Both the position numbers and the translations under genes were made by a program. From Octopus sinensis (lineage: Eukaryota), in the NCBI RefSeq assembly GCF_006345805.1, contig NW_021825837.1, positions 1 to 14,480 on the forward strand: a DNA stretch of 14,480 bases, read 5' to 3'. This document shows positions 1-8,189 of the stretch, one piece after another. The notes beneath the pieces were generated by a model, which worked only from the letters and a program-made list of their open reading frames with translations, did not search any database and was not told the DNA's origin. Position 1 is the first letter of the stretch, and every line of letters starts with the position of its first letter.

Positions 1-211
1 CAATCCACCCTACCCTCGTTTACCCACAGGAAAGGGAAAAGGGGTGGTGGTATTAATATGAATTTATGTAAAGGTGACAGTAAATCAATATGGCTTTGTG
101 TCTTTCAATGATGCCGGAATATGGTAGAAAATATCTGAGAATGAAGGATAGATGGGGGTGACGTGGAAGTAAATATCTTACGTCCAAGATATTTATAGTG
201 TGCTGGTCTAC

Positions 212-252
212 GTATGTATATGTATATATTATGTATTGTGTGTGTGTTGTGT

Positions 253-294
<42 letters not shown>

Positions 295-300
295 GTGTGC
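212..300. repeat. (TA)/(TG)n compound microsatellite
   Basis: Direct reading: tatgtata... followed by a long (gt)n run. Confidence 0.95.
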
Positions 301-324
301 GTTTTGGTGTTTTGTCTGTGTGGA

Positions 325-500
325 ATTCTTCTTTCCTTCTTTCTTTGTTTTTCTCTCTGTCTCTGTTTCTCTGTCTTTCTCTCTCTCTCTCGCACTTCCC
401 TCTCTCTGTCTTTCTCTCTCTTTCACTCTTCTCTCTCTCATTCTCTGTCTCTCTTTCTTTCTCTCTGTCATTCTCTCTCTCCCTCTCTCTCACTTCCCTC
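325..500. repeat. CT-rich low-complexity block; inverted copy of 838-1013
   Basis: attcttctttccttctttctttgtttttctc...cacttccctc is the reverse complement of gagggaagtg...gagaaaaacaaagaaagaaggaaagaagaat at 838-1013. Confidence 0.9.
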
Positions 501-582
501 TTATTTACGTATCTTTACGAGATAGAGAAAGCGTGAGTAAGGGAGGAAATTATACCCAGAAACACAGACATACACATACAGC

Positions 583-1013
583 AAGAGAGAGAGAGAGAGA
601 GAGAGATAATGAGAGACAGAGAATGAGAGAGAGGAGAGTGAAAGAGAGAGAAAGACAGAGAGAGGGAAGTGAGAGAGAGAGAGTGAGAGAGAGTGAGAGA
701 GAGAGAAAGAGAGACAGATAATGAGAGAGAGAAGAGTGAAAGAGAGAGAGAGAGTGAGAGAGAGTGAGAGAAAGAGAGAAAGAGAGACAGAGAATGAGAG
801 AGAGGCGAGTGAAAGAGAGAGAAAGACAGAGAGAGGGGAGGGAAGTGAGAGAGAGAGAGAGTGAGAGAGAGAAAGAAAGAGAGACAGAGAATGAGAGAGA
901 GAGAAGAGTGAAAGAGAGAGAAAGACAGAGAGAGAGGGAAGTACGAGAGAGAGAGAGAGAAAGACAGAGAAACAGAGACAGAGAGAAAAACAAAGAAAGA
1001 AGGAAAGAAGAAT
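583..1013. repeat. GA-rich higher-order minisatellite (unit roughly 90 bp)
   Basis: The motif gagacagagaatgagagaga..gagtgaaagagagagaaagacagagagagggaagtgagag recurs several times with variable (GA)n spacers. Confidence 0.85.
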
Positions 1014-1021
1014 ATAAGTGT

Positions 1022-1100
1022 GAGTATATGTATGTGTGTGTGTATGTGTGTGGTGTGTGTGTATGTGTGCGTCTGTGTGTTTGTGTGTTTGTGTATGTGT
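1022..1100. repeat. (TG)n imperfect microsatellite
   Basis: Direct reading. Confidence 0.9.
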
Positions 1101-1267
1101 TCAGAATTGATAAACATACTAAGATAGGCAGCTTGGTAAATAGATTGGAGCGATAAATTGACACCGGAATATAAATTGCAAAGAGATACAAGGCAGGTGT
1201 TGAATGCAAAGAGTCAGGCCAAAAAGCCAAAGCGAAAGTAAAGAACCGGCTCTTGACGATATAGCAC

Positions 1268-1482
1268 CAACACACACACACGCACGCACACACACGCACA
1301 CACACACACACACACACAACAACACGCATACAAACCAACACACTAACACACACGCACCAACGTACACATCAACACACACCAGCATACATACACCAGTACA
1401 CACTCACACAGAGGCATAAACACACACATGCACACATGCACACATACACACCAACACACACTTGCACATACACACCAACATT

Positions 1483-1518
<36 letters not shown>

Positions 1519-2145
1519 CACACAGAGGCATAAACACATACATGCACACACCAACACACACTGACACACACACACACACCAACATACACATACACACACC
1601 TTCACACACACGCACACACCAACGTACACGCCAATACACACACAGAGGCATAAACACACACATGCACACACCAACACACACTAGCACACACACCAATAAT
1701 CACAGACACACACGCACACACACACACACACCAACACGCATACACACCTACACACACTAATACACACACACCAACATACACATCAACACACACCAGCACA
1801 CACACACACCAGCATACATACACCAACACACACACCAACACGCATACACACCTACACACACTAGCACACACACACACACCAACGTACACACCAACACACA
1901 CTAACACACACACACCAGCACACATACACACAGATACACCAACACACAAACACCAACACACACACCAGCACGCATACACCAACATATATACACCAACACA
2001 CACACACCAGCACGCATACACACCTACACACACTAACACACACACACCAACATACACATCAACACACACCAGCACACACACACACACACACGCATAGTCA
2101 CACCTCTCTTCCATAAGTACTAATACACCTCACACACATACACAT
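1268..2145. repeat. CA-rich compound microsatellite with higher-order units
   Basis: (CA)n background; gaggcataaacaca recurs at 1411, 1525 and 1645; caccaacacgcatacacacctacacacacta-like units recur further right. Confidence 0.9.
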
Positions 2146-2180
2146 AATTCATGCAGGTTGCGTATTTTACCTTTTTGCCC

Positions 2181-2602
2181 TTTATATTTTACAGCTTTCA
2201 CCCATTAGACTGCGGCCATGCTGGGGCACCGCCTTGAAGAATTTCTTAACCGAACGAATCGACCCTCAGTGCTCATTTTTAAAAGCCTGGTACTTACTTG
2301 TCTGGCGGCGACCTGGCAGAAATGTTAGCACGTCGGGCGAAATGCTTAGTGGTATTTCGTCTGCCGCTACGTTCTGAGTTCAAATTCCGCCCAGGTCGAC
2401 TTTGACTTTCATCATTTCGGGGTCGATTAAATAAGTACCAGTTACGCTCTGGGGTCGATATAATCGACTTAATCCGTTTTTCTGTCCTTGTTTGTCCTCT
2501 CTGTGTGTAGCCCCTTGTGGGTAGTAAAGAAATAGGTATTTCGTCCGCCTTCTATCGGTCATTTTTGCCGAACCATTAAGGCACAGGGCCTTAAACATAC
2601 CT
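2181..2602 (-). mobile_element. 3' portion of a tRNA-derived SINE (same family as 3323-3767), split by a nested SINE into about 2181-2303 and 2551-2602
   Basis: The reverse complement of 2181-2300 (aagtaccaggc...gggtcgattcg...aaggcggtgccccagcatggccgcagtc) matches 3660-3760. 2551-2602 (tctatcggtcatttttgccgaacc) matches the reverse complement of 3600-3660, so the two pieces are collinear. Confidence 0.8.
2304..2550 (+). mobile_element. tRNA-derived SINE nested inside another SINE
   Basis: Head ggcggcgacctggcagaaatgttag (A-box-like), gagttcaaattcc (B-box-like), central gtcgactttgactttcatcatttcggggtcgat..aataagtaccag, and tail gtagtaaagaaataggtatt. It resembles abundant octopus SINEs from recall; not searched. 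Confidence 0.8.
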
Positions 2603-2780
2603 ATACCAGTCAGGAATAAATATGAGGCACATAATATCTGGGCAGTGTCTCCACTAAGATACGTTGCTTGCGTGATTGGGTGCACAGTATGACGAGTTAC
2701 CATGTCTGGATAGGATGATGTGGAGATTATTCACAATGAACGGAACCTTTCATCCAAGGAGTGATGATGATGACAGTTAA

Positions 2781-3197
2781 GGGATCTTTACGGTTTGAAC
2801 GACATTTTTTTCTAGCGGTGTCATATGAAATTGTCACCCATAATTATGACCCTAGTATCGATCTATTGTATTTCAATTTGTTTTAGGGTTAGGGTTAGTT
2901 AGGGTTAGGGTTAGTGGTGGGGGGAAGGGTATCTTTTTTCTTCACAAATGTAAATAAACCCAATCTTAAACGAGGGACATATTCATACGGCACAGAATGT
3001 TTTCACCTCAATAGACGGTCATTGATTGGTTGAAATTGCACAAATTGAAGAAAAAAACATCAAATATTTTACAAACTATAGAATTTTCTCAATAAAGCCA
3101 AGAGTTTTATAAACACATTCTACCAGTATACGAAGTTTAAAAGTGTTTAGTTACATGGAAATTATTTAAAAAACTGCCGTTCAAACCGAAAAATCCC
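2781..3197. mobile_element. Non-autonomous DNA transposon (MITE) with ~30-bp imperfect TIRs and an internal TTAGGG tract
   Basis: Left end gggatctttacggtttgaacgacatttttt; right end aaaaaactgccgttcaaaccgaaaaatccc (reverse complement gggatttttcggtttgaacggcagtttttt). Flanks are agttaa (2775-2780) and agttat (3198-3203). Removing the element rejoins the LINE peptide (HPRSD..D-YVSRK). Confidence 0.85.
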
Positions 3198-3322
3198 AGT
3201 TATGTGTCAAGAAAGTCGGGAGAGGTTTCGTTAGTTATAAAGGAGGTGTGAGAGCAGAAGAGAACAGGGTAACTTGTTACGTAAATGAATGATATTGCAC
3301 CATTGCTGTTGAAAGTGAATAA

Positions 3323-3487
3323 GACGCAGGAGTGGCTGTGTGGTAAGTAGCTTGTTTACCAACCACATGGTTCGGGTTCAGTCCCACTGCGTGGTATCTT
3401 GGGCAAGTGTCTTCTACTATAGCCTCGGGCCGACCAAAGCCTGTGAGTGGATTGGTAGACGGAAACTGAAAGAAGTCGTCGTATCGA

Positions 3488-3543
<56 letters not shown>

Positions 3544-3767
3544 TATTATGCGTATGTGTGTTGTGTGTCTGTGTTTGTCCCCCTAGCATTGCTTGACAAC
3601 CGATGCTGGTGTGTTTATGTCCCCGTTACCTAGCGGTTCGGCAAAAGAGACCGATAGAATAAGTACTGGGCTTACAAAGAACAAGTCCCGGGGTCGAGTT
3701 GCTCGATTAAAAAAGGCGGTGCTCCAGCATGGCCGCAGTCAAATGACTGAAACAAGTAAAAGAGTAA
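3323..3767 (+). mobile_element. tRNA-derived SINE with internal (AT)n/(TG)n microsatellite
   Basis: Head gcaggagtggctgtgtggtaag (A box), gggttcagtccc (B-box-like), an internal (AT)n at about 3486-3550, and tail aaatgactgaaacaagtaaaagagt. Homologous copies lie at 10044-10200 and 2181-2602. Confidence 0.88.
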
Positions 3768-4412
3768 GTCAAATTGGGTGGAAATTAGAGATAACTAGGA
3801 AAAGTCTAAGAATAAAAGAAGCGAGATGAAACCGAGTGAGAAGAAAAGAAAAAAGTTGAAACCGAAAAGAAAGAAAAAGGGCTGTAAGGGAAGTTTTACA
3901 GAACAGAGGGACCAAAATCGATTTAGAGAAGAGGTAAATATGGATGCAGAAAAGTGAGCTTAAATAGAAAGAGAAGCTTTAATTTGTGCAGCGCAGGAGC
4001 AAGAACAGATGAATTATGTTTAGCACAAGACTGACAACTCGGGTGCTGTAGAAAATGTATGATGTGCAGAGAAAAAGAAGAAGCTGTGTGGCATTGTAGC
4101 AGCTAGTGCACGAAGCTGGCACAGAAAGAACAGAGATGATGCGATGATAATGTAGCGAAACTCGTTCATTGGAATTTACGTAGAAATACGATCTGCAAAG
4201 AGCAAGCCAGTTGTATGAGCTCAAAGCAAAAAGGGTTGTCGAAAATGACTATGCCAAGATTTTTTCTGACTTTATGGTACAAGGTGACTATGAAATTGAA
4301 CATCGCGAACCTGATATTTTGCTGATTAAGAAAGTCAACAAAGAGTTTGTCCATCTGACAATAAGGTTTGTGACAAAGAATTGAAGATTGAGAGATGTAA
4401 GCTACTAGCATA

Positions 4413-5943
4413 GGACTTCCTTTCCACTCTCAATTTCCTTTTCAAGTTCAATCAAAGACAAATGTATCTGTTCTCATGCCTTTCAGCCTTGTCCACCAAA
4501 CAACCTCTTTCGCCGCAGCCTGTCCGATTGAAGGAAGGCAGTGGAGCAATCTCCACCACAGACTCGGCCGACAGACTGATCCGTCCCACACGTGACAGCA
4601 GCTGTTCGACATAACCTCACAAGTCAGTAATGCCCAGACACTGAACAAGTGCGTGCAGAACGATTTCGTCGCTCTGCGCGCACCTCGGACAAGTCCGTCT
4701 GACAGCACATCCGTGGCTGTAGAGTTTATCTCGAACCAGTAGCACTCCCCACCCCCACCCCCGGTAGCACTGCCAACCCAAAGACATCTGGAAATTATCC
4801 ATGATAATTCCCTACCGGAAAGCCCTCCAGAACAGACTAGCCAATCGTTGTAGCCCAGAATCTCTCCGAGAACGTCGTCGCACCTCCCTGCCACTAATCC
4901 TCTATAAATTTCTAAAGCGGAACATACACCAATCTCGGTAGAGGGCTGTGAGCGACTCACGACATTCTACGAATCAGGAACCCAGTCTCAGTCTTTTCTT
5001 CACCCAGGACTGCAGCTCCATCAAAGAGACGAGCTGCGTAAAGACGAGCCTCGCAAACGAAACCCACACACGTTCACTGTCCAGAAATCATTGCAGGTGA
5101 CGTAATCTAAAAGTATATCTGCGCATTAGGAACCACGGCATACGTAAACCCGCCACTCAGAGAAAGCTGGCAACAGACTGACCGCCTAACCTTCGGAACG
5201 CGTCCATTCCACCAGAATTTAAATAAGCGACACTTCAACCTGGTCAAGCAATGGAAGCACTCCGTCGGTTACGACGACGAGGGTTCCGGTTGATCCGAAT
5301 CAACGGAACAGCCTGCTCGTGAAATTAACGTGTAAGTGGCTGAGCACTCCACAGACACGTGTACCCTTAACGTAGTTCTCAGGGATATTCAGCGTGACAC
5401 AGAGAGTGACAAGGCCGGCCCCTTTGAAATACAGGTACAACAGAAACAGGAAGTAAGAATGAGAGAAAGTTGTGGTGAAAGAGTACAACAGGGATCACCA
5501 CCATCCCTGCCGGAGCCTCGTGGAGCTTTAGGTGTTTTCGCTCAATAAACACTCACAACGCCCGGTCTGGGAATCGAAACCGCGATCCTATGACCGCGAG
5601 TCCGCTGCCCTAACCACTGGGCCATTGCGCCTCCACCTGGTCAAGCAATAACCGGGACAATGCACGACTGTTAGGCGATAAATGATAACGAAGGCATTCG
5701 CGACTTCGCCACTTTCAGAGACAGTTTCCTCTCAGCTCATTTCTGGGTAAGACTGGCCAAACTGTTTGCCACCTCGTCCTAGTCCTTATCAACCTGGATA
5801 TCAAGACCAAAACATATACCGAGCAGTTTAACTAGTCCCTGCGGTCCAGCGTTCGACGGCGCAGTCCGATGGCTCGGTTCTGCCTCTCCAGGAGCCCAAC
5901 TGCAAACCCACCCATTTGTCGGCTTTGATTTTAGCCTCTGCAG
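4413..5943 (-). mobile_element. Decayed Tx1/L1-like LINE ORF2 3' portion (end of RT through C-terminal zinc knuckle), interrupted by a SINE at 5253-5634
   Basis: Minus-strand translation with stops and frameshifts: AKIKADKWVGLQLGSWRG; GLVKLLGICFGLDIQVDKD*; ERKLSLK; IIYRLTVVHCPGYCLTR|LKCRLFKFWWNGRVPKVRRSVC; MPWFLMRRYTFRLRHL; LVRDKLYSHG..CPRCAQSDEIVLHALVQC (CX2CX8HX4C); AKEVVWWTRLKG; LKRKLRVER. Confidence 0.85.
5253..5634 (-). mobile_element. Full-length tRNA-derived SINE with perfect 15-bp TSD
   Basis: Minus-strand head GGAGGCGCAATGGCCCAGTGGTTAGGGCAGCGGACTCGCGGTCATAGGATCGCGGTTTCGATTCCC, with A box TGGCCCAGTGG and B-box-like GGTTTCGATTCC. TSD ACCTGGTCAAGCAAT lies at 5238-5252 and 5635-5649. 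Confidence 0.92.
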
Positions 5944-6022
5944 TAATAATTCATTATTATTATTTGTTTTTGTTGTTGTTGTTTTTGTTGTTGTTGCTGC
6001 TACTGTTGTTATTTTTGTTGTG
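5944..6022. repeat. (AAT)/(TTA)/(TTG)n trinucleotide microsatellite
   Basis: Direct reading; it abuts the 5' break of the Tx1-like fragment. Confidence 0.9.
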
Positions 6023-6127
6023 ATACCGATAACAATTCCAATGATAATATAAGCGTCAGATCTATGAATCGTACGTCCTATGAGTTATATATATTACAGT
6101 TCTATATTTAAGAGATGAGGAATTATG

Positions 6128-6310
6128 CACATTATTTGTCCTCATCTTGTTTGTTGTTAACACAACGTCTCGGCTGATATAACCTCCAGTCTTCATCAGG
6201 TGTCTTGGGGAAATTTTGAACCTGGGTTCTCATTTCTAAGGTATTTTTCGATGTCGTTGTGTTAACAACAAAGAAGATGAGGACAAATATCCGTCAAATG
6301 TAAATAATGT
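6128..6310. mobile_element. Fold-back element 1 (35-bp inverted arms), probable Penelope-like/retrozyme-type remnant
   Basis: Arms 6133-6167 and 6255-6289 are inverted with 1 mismatch. Further pairing of acattattt with aaataatgt (6302-6310) implies a 17-nt deletion in the left arm. A hammerhead motif overlaps the loop. The Penelope-like assignment is an inference. Confidence 0.7.
6159..6204 (-). ncRNA. Degenerate minimal type I hammerhead ribozyme motif
   Basis: Minus strand: GACAC-CUGAUGA-A-GACUG-GAGGUUAUAU-CAGCC-GAGAC-GUU/GUGUU. Stem I is GACAC/GUGUU, stem II has one A-C mismatch, stem III is a 2-bp AC/GU with no loop, and GAAA is mutated to GAGA. Confidence 0.65.
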
Positions 6311-6330
6311 AAATATATATATATATGTAT

Positions 6331-6449
6331 ATCACTGTGACCGACCAGGCTATCAGATGTTGCTGGTCACAATGCGCTTTGCATAATCGAAACCGCGATC
6401 CTACGACCACGAGTCCGCTGCCCTAACCACTGGGCCATTGCGCCTCCAC
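6331..6449 (-). mobile_element. Internally deleted SINE: tRNA head (6385-6449) nearly identical to that of 5253-5634, joined to a different tail-like segment (6331-6384)
   Basis: 6385-6449 differs from 5571-5635 at 2 positions. 6331-6384 (atcactgtgaccgaccaggctatcagatg...) has no match in 5253-5570. I recall this segment as the tail of a sibling octopus SINE family; not verified. Confidence 0.7.
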
Positions 6450-6639
6450 CAATATATAAATATATATATATAAGACCAAAAAGGGTACGGGTGCCGCCAT
6501 ATATATATGTATATGTAAAAAAAACAAAAGCTGGGACAAGAACGCAAAACATATAGAAGACGATACAAAAACACGGACGGGACATTCGAAGCCTTCAATC
6601 TTCAGTCAAGAACCGTCATCCTCGCAATTTCGGCTGATT

Positions 6640-6640
<1 letters not shown>

Positions 6641-6695
<55 letters not shown>

Positions 6696-6708
6696 CCCAA
6701 CACACACA

Positions 6709-6762
<54 letters not shown>

Positions 6763-6876
6763 TATATACATAGATATATATATAATATATCTATCTATCT
6801 ATCGATCTATCTATCTATCTATCTAACTATCTCATCCGCTCTCTCTCTCTCTCTCTCTCCTCTCTCTATATATCTA

Positions 6877-6912
<36 letters not shown>
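6641..6912. repeat. (TA)n/(TATC)n/(CT)n compound microsatellite
   Basis: Direct reading. Confidence 0.95.
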
Positions 6913-6914
<2 letters not shown>

Positions 6915-7546
6915 CATAACTTACAGAAGTAGGTTAATAGATCTGGTGGTGATGTTATCATTGGAATTTGAATTTAGACTGTTTATATTTGTGAGTAATC
7001 AGTTAAGCTTTTATTTTTATTTATGAAATATATATGCTGTCACTCTGTTTACCTTCGCTTATTGGTGTGTTACGAGCATTGCTTCTCTCATATTTCGTCT
7101 CCTTTTTATAGGAAATTCCGTAAAGTACAGATGTGTTGTCATCTAATATTTTCCTCTCTAGTTTTTCTTTCCAACTTACAACTGCAATAACTCTTAGTTG
7201 TCAGTGTATGGAAGAGCTGCTGGTGGAAGGGCATCACAGTCGCTTTGCCAATTTAGCAGTCAGAATTATGAAGTTTTATTCAGTGACATATGCAATTCAG
7301 GAATTCGGGCGCCCAGGTAGGAAGCCGGTGTAATCTGCTATACAAAACGAAACCAAACGCACCTGATTCTTATAGCACAACAGCCTGATCTCAATGCTGG
7401 AATCCTTATCTCACTCGTGGCATATTGCTTGTTAGTAAAACTGATAAACGAAATATACTCTTGTTATGAACTATCAACGCATAAATCACCTGTCATCAGA
7501 TCCCAAGCATTGATATACGCATATCCATTCCCTTACACTGCCCGCA

Positions 7547-7798
7547 ATATATATATATACATATGCCTAACAATTACATAGTGCCTAACACACACACACG
7601 CACGCACGCACGCACATCATATATATATATACATATATACACACACATACGCAAACATACATTCAACACGCTCACACATACATATTGAATACGTTCAGGT
7701 ATATATTCAAGTGTGCGCATATACCTGTCTAACTATCTGTCTGTCTGTCTGTCTGTCTGCCTGCCTGTCTTTCTATCTATCTGTTTGTCTGTCTGTCC

Positions 7799-7837
<39 letters not shown>

Positions 7838-7853
7838 ATCTATCTATCTATCC
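7547..7853. repeat. (TA)/(CA)/(CACG) then (TCTG)/(TCTA)n compound microsatellites
   Basis: Direct reading. Confidence 0.9.
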
Positions 7854-8189
7854 CTCTACGGACGTGCTGTCACTTCGGCTCCGAAGGTAATCGTTTATTT
7901 TTACTATTTATAGCCCATATTTTGTGTACATTTTTGTAATATGGTGTGTAAGGCACCCACCTTCGTTTGCGTGCTTTTCCAAGGGAGGAATTCCGCCCCT
8001 ATGGGCAGTTTCACCCATTTAATTTGTGTAATTTTTCTTTCTCGACATTTTTAAAATGTCGAGAATTGTATTGTAGAACGCTGGTCGCGTTCCTTTATCG
8101 ACCAAACATTTTTCCTAATCTGGAAACGCTAGGAGAAGAAAAAAAGAACTTATGCACGCAAAGTGCAAACCTAAATGTCGTGGCAGTGA

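Larger units (their letters stand above)
2612..4412 (+). mobile_element. Decayed RLE-type non-LTR retrotransposon (R4/Dong-like): post-RT region, CCHC motif and restriction-like endonuclease; interrupted by a MITE and a SINE
   Basis: Manual translation with stops and frameshifts: RNKYEAHNIWAVSPLRY; LDRMMWRLFTMNGTFHPRSD; [MITE]; KKVGRGFVSYKGGVRAEENR; [SINE]; WMQKSELK..EALICAAQEQ; CMMCREKEEAVWHCSS*C (CX2CX8HX4C); DNVAKLVHW; YELKAKRVVENDYAKIFSDFMVQGDYEIEHREPDILLI; CPSDNKVCDKE. These match the characteristic R4/Dong C-terminal motifs. Confidence 0.85.

Noticed and set aside
1-210. Possible transposon remnant at the window start
   Set aside because: No diagnostic motif or terminus is visible, and the region is truncated by the window edge.
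1100-1267. Unique island between microsatellites as an exon
   Set aside because: No convincing splice sites and no recognisable peptide in any frame.
53-2114. Many 60-270 aa ORFs (RERE, HTHT, CVCV, SLSL)
   Set aside because: These are translations of dinucleotide tracts that lack stop codons, with no domain content. The same applies to the IYIY ORFs at 9562-9870 and 11293-13302.
2883-2914. True telomere or chromosome end
   Set aside because: There are only four full repeats, and they are internal to a TIR-bounded element.
5560-5634. tRNA-like sequence (also at 2304, 3323, 6385 and 10044)
   Set aside because: These are SINE heads. They continue into SINE bodies, and one has a TSD. I could not build a complete cloverleaf with an acceptor stem.
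6560-6640. Minus-strand GAAA...CTGAAGA as a type I or type II hammerhead
   Set aside because: CTGAAGA is followed by GAAT rather than GAAA, and the permuted arrangement gives no valid stems I, II or III. It is probably a repeat remnant that I cannot classify.
7945-8010. HDV-like ribozyme at the putative LINE 5' end (ccttcgt L3-like motif)
   Set aside because: P3 is mismatched and no P1 or P2 partners were found in register.
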